This document shows, one piece after another, positions 36,290-48,727 of a stretch of DNA of 64,000 bases (positions are counted from its first letter, which is position 1; every line of letters starts with the position of its first letter). The notes below the pieces were generated by a model, which saw nothing but the letters and a program-made list of their open reading frames with translations, searched no databases and was not told the DNA's origin. The stretch comes from Squalus acanthias (lineage: Eukaryota), in contig JASTWF010000035.1 in the NCBI GenBank assembly GCA_030390025.1, forward strand, positions 1,488,001 through 1,552,000, in the 5' to 3' direction. The position numbers were made by a program, and so were the translations under genes.

Positions 36290-39200
36290 CATAAGAATAT
36301 AAGAAATAGGAGCTGGAGTAGGCCATTCGGCCCCTCGATCCTGCACCACCATTCAACAAGATCATGGCTGATCTTCTACCTCAACTCCACCTTCACGCAC
36401 TATCCCCATATCCCTTAATTCCCTTAGTTCCCAAAAAATTATCGACCTCTGTCTTGAATATGCTCAACGACTGAGCATCCACAGTTCTCTGGGGTAGAGA
36501 ATTCGAAAGATTCACCCTTTGAGTGAAGAAATTTCTCCTCATCTCAGTCCCAAATGGCTGACCCCTTATTCTGAGACTGTGACCCTGTGTTCTAGATTCC
36601 CCAGCCAGGGGAAACATTTTCTCAGCATTAACCCTGTCAAGCCCCTTAAGAATTTTATATGTTTCAATTAGATCATCTCTCATTCTTCTAAACTCTAAGG
36701 AAAATAGGCCTAGTCTACTCCAAACTCTCCTCAAAGAGCAATCCCCTCATCCCAGGGACCAGTCTAGTGAACCTTTGTTGCACTCTCTCTATGGCAAGTA
36801 TATCCTTCCTTTGGTAAGGAGACCAAAACTGTACACAATACTCCAGGTGTGGCCTCACCAGGGCCCTGTAATTGTAGTAAGACTTCTTTACTCTTCGGGT
36901 GGAATTTTTCAGGGGGTCAGTGGGTGTGTTTGGTGGCGGGTCGGTGTGAAATTTTTTTTTGACAGTGGGTAGGGAACCTGTTGTCAACCCGCCTCCATGC
37001 TAGTCTCCCAGATGTCAGGTCTGACATCGCTGAACAGACCCGACCCAGACCAAGTGGCGGGGGAGGCAATTTAGATTATTAAGAGCTAGTTAACAGGCAT
37101 TTAAAAACTATTTTAAGCTCACCTTTAGATTTTAAGAGTTCGCCCACGGCTTCCCCACTGCTCGGGGATCACATCAGGTAAGGAGGTCGGGAGTTGTGTC
37201 AGCATGAGATGATTTCTTAACTTGACAGCTGCAAATGCTCTATAAAAGCTCCCACTTCATAGCTGTTCACTTTCGAAGGTTAGAAGCTGTTTACTGCATT
37301 TGGCAGATAGATTGAGCTTTATGCAGCTTGAAAGTGTTTGGAGCAAACTCTCTATCCAGTGTCACCTCATTGAAACAACCTCTCTCACCATTGACAGATC
37401 GCTTCTGTCATCTCAACTTCACCTGCCATCTATTCCATCAGCATCGGTGCCCTTGAAACTATCTCACCGTTGGTCCTCAGAATCCCACCTCGATCAGCCC
37501 CAACATCAGCAGCACCAACAACAACACCAACCTTCTCCGCAATCAACTGATGCTGCACAGGACACAGGGCATCAGCACCCGACCACACTGCTGCCTGGGA
37601 GGCCAGGGATGGCTTCACCATGGCCAGATTTACATCACTTGATGCTGTACACATGATGTGCCAGGTTGGCACCACCCCACACCAACACCATAAAACATCC
37701 CTACAATGCCCAAGCCATTCCTTTCACACTCATCACCATTGCGGGGATACCATTATGTCTCACCATTCACTGCAACTCACTAAGTCACTTCCAAAGGTGA
37801 ATACAAATCCGTCCAAGAGCGCAAAGTGTTGAAAATAAAGATTTCAATGTTTGACAGCACATTAACAGAAACTTCACATGAACATTGGCTAAAACACACA
37901 AGTGCCTACGCTTGTGTGTTGTTACTTGGTATGATTTGACTAGGATGAGGGTGAGTGTGAGGGGTGGCTCGTGAAATGGGGAAGTGATAATGTAGATAGA
38001 GAAGGAGGGGTGGAGGTGCAAGGTAAGTTGGTGTGAGTAAGGATGTGCAGGAGTAGGGTAGGGAAGGCAGAGTGATGGGGATGTGATGAGCGGCACAGCA
38101 AGATGAGGTTGAGTGTGGCTTTGCAGTAACGTTTTGTGATTTGCTGAGATCATTGAAAGGTTTGCGCCACTGCAGCCTGGTCCCCCTGATGACATCGCTG
38201 CTTGTGTCCTCCTGTGCAATGTGCAACCAGGCTGCGTTGATCTCCTGGGAGGTGTCTTCCGCCCATGGGAAGGGAAGAGAACCTCCCTGCGTGCTGTGAC
38301 TCCTTCCATAAGCATATGGAGGGAGTCATTGGAGAGCCTGGGTGCAGCCGTGCACCTCTGTACAGTGCTTGTCAGTATTTGCAGCACCTCAATGCTGTAG
38401 AACATTGACAGCACAACTGTCAAAATCAATTTGCGCATGGTCCCTTTAAGGAAACCAGCTGGTGACGCGTCATCAAGTGACGTCATCAGACCCGCTTCCT
38501 TCAAATGGCCGGGAAACGCAATGAGCGGGCTTAACAAGCCCAATCAGCGTAAAATCATTTCACAGAGCGGGCTGGAGACAGCAACAAGTCCCACCCAACA
38601 CCGACCCCGGCCGAACCGGACCCGCCAAGGTAGGCGAAATCGCGGCCTTATACTCTAATCCACATTTGCTTTCCTAATTGCTTGCTGTACCTGCATGTTA
38701 ACTTTCTGTGATTCATGTACAAGGACACCAGGTCCCTCTGAATGCAAACATTTCCCAGACTCTCACCATTCAAAAAATATTCTGCTTTTTTGTTTTTCCT
38801 ACCAAAGTGGATAACTTCACACTTCCCCACATTGTATTCCATTTGCCATGTTCTTGCCCATTCAGTCAACCTGTCTATATCTCTCTGCAGACTCTTTGCG
38901 TCCTCCTCACAGCTTACTTTCCCAGCTGACTTTGTGTCATCAGCAAATTTGGATACGTTACACTCATTCCCTTCATCTAAGTCATGAATATAGATTGTAA
39001 ATAGCTGAGGCCCAAGCACTGATCCTTGCAGTACCCCACTAGTTACAGCCTGCCAACCCAAAAAAGTCCTGTTTATTCCTACCCTCTGTTTTCTGTCCAT
39101 TAACCAATCCTCGATCCATGCTAATATATTGCCCCCAATCCCATGAGTCCTAATTTTGTGTAATAACCTCTTGTGTGGCACCTTATCAAATGCTTTTTGA

Positions 39201-41140
39201 AAATACAAATACACTACATCCACTGGTTCCCTCTTATCTATCCTACTGGTTACACTATTCAAAAAGGGGGGTAGGGAAAAAGCAGGTAATTACAGACCTG
39301 TAAGCCTTACATCAGTTGTGGGCAAAATGCTGGAGTCCATCATTAAGGATGAAATAGCGGAGCACTTAGCAAATGGGGACAGGATAGGACAGAGTCAACA
39401 TGGATTTACAAAGGGTAAATCGTGCTTGACTAATCTATTGGAATTTTTTGAGGGAGTAACTGGTAAAATAGATGGGGGAGAGCCAGTAGATGTGGTGTAC
39501 CTGGACTTCCAAAAGGCCTTCGATAAGGTCCCACATAAAAGATTAGCATGGAAAATTGAAGCTCATGGGATAAAGGGGAAAGTATTGACGTGGATAGAGA
39601 ACTGGCTGTCAGATAGAAAACAGAGAGTTGGAATAAACGGCTCATTTTCTGAATGGCAGGCAGTAACAAGTGGGGTACCACAGGGATCTGTCCTGGGTCC
39701 CCAGCTGTTCACAATTTACATTAATGACATGGATCAGGGAGTCGGATGCAGCATTTCCAAATTTGCAGACGACACTAAACTAGGAGGGGGGGTGGGCTCA
39801 GAGGAGGAGACCAGGAAGCTCCAGAGCGATTTGGACAGACTGGGTGATTGGGCGGATAAATGGCAGATGCACTATAATGTGGACAAGTGCGAAGTTATCC
39901 ACCTTGGGTGCAGGAACGGGAGGGCAAATTATTATTTAAATGGCAATAAATTGGGAGAGGGGGAAGTACAGAGAGACCTGGGTGTTCTTGTACACCAGTC
40001 ACTGAAGGCGAGCATGCAGGTGCATCAGGCGGTCAAGAAGGCAAACGGTATGCTGGCCTTCATAGCAAAAGGGTTGGAATACAGGAACAGGGATACCTTG
40101 CTGCAGCTGTACAGGGCACTGGTGAGACCACACCTCGAGTGCTGTGTACAGTTTTGGTCGCCTCATCTGAGGAAAGATGTTCTTGCCATGGAGGGGGTGC
40201 AGCGGCGATTCACCAGGCTGATACCAGGAATGGCGGGATTGACCTATGAGGAGAGACTATGTAGTTTAGGGATGTACACACTGGAGTTTAGAAGATTGAG
40301 AGGGGGCCTCATAGAAGTGTATAAAATTCTGACAGGTCTAGACAGACTAGATGCAGAAGGAATGTTTCCCTTGGCGGGTGAGAACAGAACTAGAGGACAT
40401 AATTTAAGGATAAGGGCTAAACCATTTAGGACAGAAATGAGGGGGAATTTCTTCACTCAGAGGGTGGTGAACCTGTGGAACTCATTGCCACAGAGGGCAG
40501 TGTACGCCAGCTCATTAAATATATTTAAGAGGGAATTAGATATATTTCTACAGGCAAAAGGGGTTAAGGGTTACGGAGAGAAGGCGGGGACGGGATACTG
40601 AATTGGAGGATCAGCCATGATCTCATTAAATGGCGGAGCAGGCTCGAAGGGCCGGATGGCCTACTCCTGCTCCTATCTTCTATGTATCTATATATGTATC
40701 TTCAAAAAACTCTAACAGATTTGTCAAACACGATTTCCCTTTCATAAAACCATGTTGACTCTGCCTAATCATATTACGATTTTCTAAGTGCCCTGTTACC
40801 ATATCCCTAATAATAGATTCTAGCATTTTGCCTAATACTGATGTCAGGCTAGCTGGCCTATAGTTCCCTGTTTTTTCTCTTCCTCCTTTCTTAAATAGCG
40901 GGGTTATGTTTGCTACCTTCCAATCCTTGGGGGCTGTTCTAGAATCTTGGGAATTCTGGAAGATTAATACCAGTGCATCCACTATCTCTGCAGCTACCTC
41001 GTTTAAAACCTTCGGATGCAGGTCGTCAGGTCCAGGGAATTTGTCGCCACTTAGTCCCATTAATTTCTGTACTTATGCTGATTTCTTTAAGTTCCTCATT
41101 CTCACTAGACCCTTGGTTCCCCATTATTTCCGGAAAGTTT
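36290..41140. mobile_element. Minus-strand CR1 split by the Harbinger derivative (36897-38647) and by a + CR1 (about 39256-40697, uninterrupted 427-aa RT ORF)
   Basis: RT motifs in ORFs 36393, 38648 and 40680 (-) and 39318..40601 (+). The sequence resumes across each insertion. Confidence 0.88.
36897..38647. mobile_element. Decayed Harbinger deletion derivative (third family) inserted in a CR1
   Basis: TTC|GGGTGGAATTTT...GAAATCGCGGCC|TTA, interrupting CR1 'actcttatactc'. Frameshifted Myb remnant on - at about 38130-38360 (APRLSNDSLHMLMEGVTARREVLFP, RLQWRKPFNDL). Confidence 0.78.
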
Positions 41141-41519
41141 ATTATCAGGTTCAGGTTGGTGCCAGGCTCCACATCTATTCTTCTCTTCCCTATTTTTCTG
41201 TCTACTTCCTCTCTTTTCCTGGGCAAGTCTGGTTTGTAGTTCCCTAAACTCCACACACTACATTCCTGCAGCAGCTCCTCAACAGCAGCGCTAGAGTAAG
41301 GGAGACGCTAACAGCTGCATCCAGCAGCTTTAAGGCAGAAAATGGAAAATTAGGAGGGGTTGAGCCCTAGGCTGTTTGGGAGTGTTAACGGTGATTGTAG
41401 TCACTTTGGTCTGATATGAGGGGGCTTCTGAGCATGGTTTTCCAATTTCAGCCCCCCTGCGTGTGGTCATTCTTCCTACGTAAGTCGAGACAGACAGGCC
41501 CGATGCTGTAATAAAAAGA

Positions 41520-41600
41520 GACACTCAGCAGGTCAGGCAGTGTCTGTGGAGAGAGGAAGGTACAGTTAACGTTTCAGGTCAATGACCCTTTGTCGGAACC
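41520..41600 (-). mobile_element. Penelope-like 3'-end fragment
   Basis: Reverse complement of 21676-21750. Confidence 0.7.
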
Positions 41601-41879
41601 CCGCCCCTGTCCTCGCCCAGTACCCACACTGACACTTTCCAGCAGGACCCATCAGACAGTGATTAACATCACCAAGCCCTTGCTAGCCCAGGGTATTCAC
41701 ACAAACACTAACCCTGCTGAGGCCAGCTGGGGCCGCTGGCATTCACCCCAGGGTGCTCAATCAAATGGGGGATGTGTTAAGGGAGCCTCTGCCTTCTATA
41801 TTTAATAGCTCACTAGAGTCGGAGACGGTCCCTGTGGACTGGAGGCTAATGTAGAAACAACTTCAGCCATTGTAACATT

Positions 41880-44630
41880 GTTAGACGGGACCGTTGGAGA
41901 TACCCTGTGTGAACACCTGGACATTTTGAAAAGACAGGCAGAATGGCAAAGGAGAGGGGGTAGCCTTGATAATAAAGGATGACATAGGGCAGTAGTGAGA
42001 AAGGATCTTGATTCGGAACATCAGGAAGTAGAATCAGTATGAGTGGAGATAAGAAATAACATGGGGCAGAAAACAGAGGTGGGAGTAGTTCATAGGCCCC
42101 CAAACAATAGCTATACAATTGGACAGAGTATTAATCAAGAAATAGTAGGAGCTTGTAACAAAGGAAATGCAATAATTGTGGGGGGCCTTTAGACAGGGCA
42201 AATCAAATTTGCAAGGGTAGTCTGGAGGACGAGTTCATGGCGTGCATTCGAGACAGTTTCCTACAACAATACATTTTTTTTTTCGTTTATGGGATGTGGG
42301 CGTCGCTGGCAAGGCCAGCATTTATTGCCCATCCCTAATTGCCCTTGAGTGGTGAGCTGCCTTCTTGAACCGTTGCAGTCCGTGTGGTGAAGGTACTCCC
42401 ACAGTGCTGTTAGGTAGGGAGTTCCAGGATTTTGATCCAGCGACGATGAAGGATCGGCGATATACTTCTAAGTCAGGATGGTGTGTGACTTGAAGGGGAA
42501 CTTGGAGGTGGTGGTGTTCCCATGCGCCTGCTGCCCTTGTCCTTCTAGGCGGTAGAGGTCGCGGGTTTGGGAGGTATTTTTGAAGAAGTCTTGGCGAGTT
42601 GCTGTAGTGCATCTTGTAGATGGTACACACTGCAGCCACGGTGCACCGGTGGTGGAGGGAGTGAATGTTTAAGGTGGTAGATGGGGTGCCAATCAAGCGG
42701 GCTGCTTTGTCCTGGATGGTGTCGAGCTTCTTGAGTGTTGTTGGAGCTGCACTCATCCAGGCAAGTGGAGAGTATTCCATCACACTCCTGACTTGTGCCT
42801 TGTAGATGGTGGAAAGGCTTTGGGGAGTCAGGAGGTGAGACACTCGCCGAATACCTAGCCTCTGACCTGCTCTTGTTGCCATAGTATTTATGTGGCTGGT
42901 CCAGTTAAGTTTCTGGTCAATGGTGACCCCCCAGGATGTTGATGGTGGGGGATTCGGCAATGGTAATGCCATTGAATGTCAAGGGGCGGTGGTTAGACTC
43001 TTGCTTGTTGGAGATAGTCATTGCCTGGCACTCCTGTGGCACGAATGTTACCTGCCACTTATCAGCCCAAGCCCGAACATCGTCCGGGTCTTGTTGCATG
43101 CGGGCATGGACTGCTTCATTATCTGAGGAGTTGTGAATGCTGTACAGTCATCAGCGAACATCTTGGAATCAACCAGGGAACAGGCTATTTTAGATCTTGT
43201 ATTGTGTAATGAGACGAGGTTAATTAGTAATCTCATAGTAAAGGATCCTCTGGGGAAGAGTGACTATTATATAAGTATTTCACTCTCAAACCCAAGGTGA
43301 AATTCTAAGTCCGAAACTAGATTCTTAAACATAAATTAAGCCAATTACATAGGTATGAGGGGCGAGTTGGCCAAGGTAGTAGAAGACACAAATAGCACAC
43401 CAAAAATAGTGGGGAACCAAGGGGCTAATAAGAGGCAGAACTTCAAGTAATTAATATCAGTAGAGAAAAAGTACTTGAGAAACTAATGGGACTAAAAGCT
43501 GACAAATCCCCTGGATCTGATGGCCTACATCCAAGGGTTCTAAAAGAGGTGGCTGCAGAGATAGTGGATGCATTGATTATGATCTTCCAAAATTCACTAG
43601 TTACAGCCTGCCAACCTGAAAATGACCAGTTTATCCCTATTCTCTGTTTTCTGAGCACTAACCAATCCTCTATCCATGCTACTATATTACCCCAAAATCA
43701 TGAGTCCCTATCTTGTGGCAGCTTATTGAATGCCTTTTCAAAATCCAAGTAGACTACATTCACTGGTTCGCCTTTATCTACCCTGCTAGTTACATCCTCA
43801 AAAACCACAATAAATTTGTTAAACATGATTTCCATTTCATAAAACCATGTTGATGATACAAAGTAAGCTGTGAGGAGGGCACAAAGAGCCTGCAAAGCGT
43901 TATAGACAGGTTAATTGAGTGGGCAATAAGGTGGCAGATGGAGTATAGTGTGGGGAAATGGGAGGTTATTCACTTTGGTAGGAAGAATAGAAAAACAGAA
44001 TATTTTTTATATGGTGAGAAACTATTAAATGTTGGTGCACAGAGAGATTTAGGTGTCCTCGAACAAGAAACACAGAGAGTTAGCATGCAGGTACAGCAAC
44101 CAATTGGGAAGGCAAATGGCATGTTGGCCTTTATTGCAAGGGGGTTGGAGTATAAGAGTAAAGAAATCTTGCTACATTTGTACAGAGACCACACCTGGAG
44201 TACTGTGCACAGTTTTGGTCTCCTTATCTGAGGGTATACTTGCCTTCGAGGCGGTGCAACGAAGATTCACTAGATTGATTCCTGGGATGAGAGGGTTCTC
44301 CTATGAGGAGAGATTGAGTAGAATGGGCCTATACTCTCTGGAGTTTAGAAGAATTAGAGGTGATCTCATTAAAACATGTAAGATTCTGGCGGGGGTGGGG
44401 GGGGGGGGGTTCAACAGGTTAGATGCTGAGAGGTTGTTTCCCCTGGCTGGACTAGGGGGGCATAGTCTCAGGATAAGGGGTCGGCCATTTAAGACTGAGA
44501 TGAGGAGGAATTTCTTCACTCAGAGGGTTGTGAATCTTTGGAATTCTCTACCCCAAAGTGCTGTGGATGCTAAGTTGTTGAGTATATTCAAGGCTGAGAT
44601 AGATCGATTTTTGGACTCTCGGGGAAACAA
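41880..44630. mobile_element. Rearranged CR1 (+) with LINE family B 3' end (-) at about 42275-43160 and an internal inversion at about 43595-43850
   Basis: APE/RT fragments. The RT motifs switch strand between 43595 and 43850. Confidence 0.8.
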
Positions 44631-45041
44631 GCACAGAGCGGTCGGCACAGAGCGGGATTAAAACGGAGTGTACTTAAACAGAGGGGGAAAAATTAGGTCG
44701 CGCCCCATTTGGGGCGCAAATATCATCTGGACGCAAATATTAGCGCCTGGCGCTAATTATCGGCACTGACTGGAAACTTCACTTTTACCGCCCCGGGAGG
44801 TGAGTGGAGCGCTAAATTAGGCGCTGCACACCTGTCTTAAGGCGCAAAGGCCGAGCAGTGAGGCGCTAACTCAGCGCGCGAGCGCAGCACAGCTGCTGCC
44901 AGTTAGCGAGGGAACACAGACACACTGGCGCCGGCCAGTTCTTAAAGCGGGGGGGGCCAACTTGCTCCCCAGCCACACCCTGCTCATTGCAGCCTTGAAT
45001 CTCGGCCTGGAGAGACCTGTGAATCCATTTTGCTGCCAAGG

Positions 45042-46915
45042 ATGGAGAGGGTGAGAGAACGAGCTCATCGCTTCACCGAGCGGGCCTTGGATGCTCTGGT
45101 TGGCGCGGTGGAGCGCAGAAGATGTATACTCTTCCCTGAGAGTGGCAGGAGGCCTTTGCCACGCGAGTTCAGAAGAGTGTGGAGGGAGGTGGCTCAGAGC
45201 GTCTCCTCCAGGAGCATGGTGCCCAGGACCCATACTCAATGCCGCAAAAAGTTCAACGACCTCACTCGGGTCGTCAGGGTGAGTGGCTTTTTCTCAATAC
45301 CTCTCCATCCCTCCATCTCAACCTCACTCTATGGCCAGAGGGTCTTAAAACCCCAATGCACAACACTCATCCAACACCTATGGCCCTTTCATCAAACACA
45401 CACACACATTCCACACTTTGCATACAGTAAGGGCTATTCACCTATGGGAGGCACATCAGGCAAGACCATGGCTGCATACAGTAAGGGCTATTCACCTATG
45501 GGAGGCACATCAGGCAAGACCATGGCTGCATACAGTAAGGGCTATTCACCTATGGGAGGCACATCAGGCAAGACCATGGCTGTATATTTACTCAGATGCT
45601 GTCCTTTTTCTTACAGGCCAAGCTGGCGCATAATCGGAGACAGCAGCAACGGACAGGTGGAGGGCGGCCTCAGCTGCAACCCCTCAGCGATCTTGAGGAG
45701 CGCGTCCACAGGATTGTGGCAAGCCGGGTGATCGGTCCCGTCGCCACTGGAGACGCCGACCCCGTTCTGGACAGCAATGGTAAGGTCATCACCTTTTTGT
45801 CCTCTGTCCTTCCACTTGTCCCTCACAACACCAGCCTTTGACACTTTCAATCCAACTTACTAACTCGCTGCACTTTTTCCTCCCTTACTGCCACCCTGTC
45901 CTCACGCTAAAGCCACTCTTGTACCTCCCTGCTTTCAGATGGTGATTCACCAGCTGAGGAGACGGGCCCTGAAGCTGCCACTGGGAGTGATGCTGCAGCT
46001 GAGGAGGAAGAGGAAGCCGGAGCATCAGTGCCACCCTCTCCCGAGGAAGCCCATGCCCACACTGGGAACACGCCTTCCCTGGAGGGGAGCAGGGGGGAAG
46101 GGTCTGATGAGGGTGAAGCTCCAGGACCCAGCGGGCTGCAGAAATGCCATGGGGGTAGGGAAGAACGGGGGCCTTCTCCCCAGAGGGAGAGTATGCCAGA
46201 CACTCCTACTGCAATGGACGCAGAGGAGGAGCGGCTGATCGCAGAAATGAACACCCAGGCGGTGGGCATGCACACTGAGCTCATGGGTGCAGTGGGAAGG
46301 GTGCCCGAATGCATTGAGTCACTGGCAAGGAGTGTGGAGCACTTCGCTGTAGCACAGGCGGATGCCACACTAACGCTTAGTGCTGCAATTCAGTCACTGG
46401 CTGCCGTGATCCCATCACTGACTGCTCTCATGCAGACTCAGATTGAGGCCACGCGAGCACAGACTGCTGCCAACCTCGATGGTTCGTTCACATGTCCCTG
46501 GGGCTGTCACCGCGCCGCAGCAGGCCAGCAATCTGTTCTCCAGCAGATTGCTCCGGATGCTGAAGTGCTGCCCCGTGGGAGTGCCAGTGTATCGGGCGAG
46601 CAGGGAGTTGCTGTCCTCTCTCACGATGACAGCATTCCTGCTGCCAACACTGTCACTTCTCCACTGCACTTGCCACCGCCTGTAGGACAGACTGCTGCCG
46701 CCCATGCAGAGTTGGTGCAGTCTGCAGCCGGGCCCTCCAGGCCCAGAACTGGTCGAGGCCGTCCTTCAGGGGCATCTGCAGTGTCAGGGTCTGACGATCA
46801 GCAGCCTTCCACCAGCCTTGCTGCAGCCACTGAGGTCCCATTACGGAGGAGCAGTAGGGTTAGAAGGGGGGAAGTGCGCAAGGGAAGGAGATCACCCTCG
46901 AAGGGCAAAAAGTAG
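45042..46915 (+). CDS. Harbinger Myb/SANT-like (trihelix) DNA-binding protein; exons 45042-45278, 45617-45779, 45939-46915; 458 aa
   Basis: Exon 1 MERVRERAHRFTERALDALV...VWREVAQSV...RTHTQCRKKFNDL, then |GTgagt. ttacAG|AKLAHNRRQQQRTGGG...|GTaagg. ttcAG| runs into ORF 46028..46915. Intron phases 0 and 1 give one continuous frame. Confidence 0.88.
45421..45582 (+). repeat. Three tandem 54-bp copies inside intron 1 of the Harbinger Myb gene
   Basis: catacagtaagggctattcacctatgggaggcacatcaggcaagaccatggctg repeated three times, identical. Confidence 0.95.
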
Positions 46916-47227
46916 GAGGTGTGACAAAATGCTGGTCATTTTTTTATTAAAGGTCGAGGTTCATGGTCCAAATTTTGTTTAGTGTTTTGGACATTATCTC
47001 CAGGTTGTGAGAACCAGTTATGTTATTGACTGTTTTTTTGTGTTTATTTCTATGAGTTTGTCATGAGGAATTGACACACACAGAGTTTGTAAAATAAATA
47101 AGTTTCTGTATTCAAAATATACATGGTTGGTGGTTGGAATTATTGGTGCCTTGGCCGGCTTAGGGGTTGCGTGCTGGGTTCATTAATGTTGTTAGCAATG
47201 GCAGAAGCCATTTCCACAGCAGGGGCC

Positions 47228-48388
47228 CTAGAAGCGGCTTGCTATTAGCCGTTGACGGACGGCCCTTGCAGTTTGACCATTGTGGGCCGCCCTCCCGCCT
47301 TGGTGCTGCTGATGATCATCCTCCTCGTCCTCTTCCTCCTCTTCCTCCTCCTCCTCTGGTGGTGCTCCAAGGCCTGGTGGCATTGGCTGGGTCCTGAGGA
47401 TTGCCATGTTATGCAACATGCAGCACACGACTACGAAGTTGGATACTCGCTCAGGCGAGTACTGCAGGGCTCCTCCAGAATGGTCGAGACAGCGGAACCG
47501 TTGCTTCAGCACGCCGATTGTGCGCTCAATTATGTTCCTGGTAGCTTGATGGCTCTCATTGTACCGCAGCTCAGCAGGGGTGTTGGGCGTACGGAGCGGT
47601 GTCATCAGCCAGGTGCTCAATGCATACCCCTTGTCCCCGAGAAGCCAACCAACTGGCTGATGCGGTGCCTCGAAAAGTTCTGCCACAGTAGTCTGGCGCA
47701 GGATAAAAGCATCGTGGCAGCTGCCAGGATAGTGGGCATTGACAGCGAGTATCAGCTGTCTGTGGTCACAGACCAACTGAACATTCAAGGAATGGAACCC
47801 CTTTCTGTTCCGGAATTCCTCGGCATTCTCATGCGGAGCACGCAAAGCCACATGCGTGCAGTCAATGGCGCCCTGCACCATGGGGAAGCCCGCTACCCTC
47901 GCAAAGCCCAGAGCGCGGTCACGCTGCTTGTCTGGGGTCATGGGGAATGAGATGAACTCTCGTCTCCTTTTAAAGAGGGCATTTGTGACCTGCCAGATGC
48001 AGCAATGCACCGCGAACTGGGAGATATTGGCGAGGTCCCCAGCAGCAGCTTGAAATGAGCCAGTAGCGTAAAAGTTGAGAGCCACTGTGACCTTCACTGC
48101 CACCGACAGAGACGTCCTGGACCTCAGTTGAGGCTGCAGATCTGGCTGCAGCAGGTGGCAGAGCTCAGTGACCACCTCCTTGCTGAATCGCAGCCTTCGC
48201 AAACACAGCTCCTCAGACATATGAATGTAGGAGAGCTGTTCACGATATACCCTGGGAGGGTAAGCTCTCCTGTACATACGCCTGTTGGCCCTCCTCCGTC
48301 TGGCCATCATTGCCACTCTCTCTCTGCGTCTCTGTATCCTCCGATTCAGCTGGAGCAGGACGACGCCCCCAATCAGTGCAGCCCCCAT
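47228..48388 (-). CDS. Harbinger DDE transposase (HARBI1-like family), 386 aa from first ATG
   Basis: Uninterrupted ORF 47228..48457, first ATG at 48388. Motifs RLRF, ALNFYATGSFQ, GAIDCTH, NRKGFHSLNVQLVCD, PGSCHDAFI, LLGDKGY, RNIIERTIGVLKQRFRCL and CCMLHN. The D-D-E triad is intact. Confidence 0.95.
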   Translation of the reverse strand: MGAALIGGVVLLQLNRRIQRRRERVAMMARRRRANRRMYRRAYPPRVYREQLSYIHMSEELCLRRLRFSKEVVTELCHLLQPDLQPQLRSRTSLSVAVKVTVALNFYATGSFQAAAGDLANISQFAVHCCIWQVTNALFKRRREFISFPMTPDKQRDRALGFARVAGFPMVQGAIDCTHVALRAPHENAEEFRNRKGFHSLNVQLVCDHRQLILAVNAHYPGSCHDAFILRQTTVAELFEAPHQPVGWLLGDKGYALSTWLMTPLRTPNTPAELRYNESHQATRNIIERTIGVLKQRFRCLDHSGGALQYSPERVSNFVVVCCMLHNMAILRTQPMPPGLGAPPEEEEEEEEEDEEDDHQQHQGGRAAHNGQTARAVRQRLIASRF

Positions 48389-48582
48389 AGTCTCTTTGCA
48401 AGCAAAGTAATGAAGGACAGCAACTAAAGTACTAGCGAAGTTAGGATCAATAGGCAAAACTACCTCACAAAGCGTTGAGTCAATGCAGAAGTCTCTCTTT
48501 CTCTCTCTCCGAATCTCTCTCTCTCTCTCAGAACGAGTGGTGCAAAAATGTCGACCACAGAAAAAGACAGGAAGAGGCCCCC

Positions 48583-48727
48583 TTTAAATAGCGCCCCCCC
48601 CAGCCCCACAGCGATTGATAGCGTTCCAGTCTTCCGGTCATTGGATGCGCCAGGCGGTAAGGCAGGGGGCGCCACTCAATTTCCGCTCCGGGGCGCCACA
48701 AGGGCGTTGCACCATGGAATGACGTCA
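48583..48727 (-). promoter_or_regulatory. Putative transposase promoter: TATA-like TATTTAAA and CRE TGACGTCA
   Basis: TATTTAAA on - at 48583-48590, about 200 bp upstream of the ATG, and TGACGTCA at 48720-48727. Both motifs are retained in all three family-1 MITEs. Confidence 0.4.

Noticed and set aside
46028..46915. Stand-alone 295-aa unknown gene
   Set aside because: It starts at GTG and is better explained as exon 3 of the spliced Myb/SANT gene.
47228..48457. Domesticated host HARBI1 gene
   Set aside because: It lies between TIRs with a Myb partner, has related MITEs nearby and sits in another gene's intron, so it is a transposon ORF.
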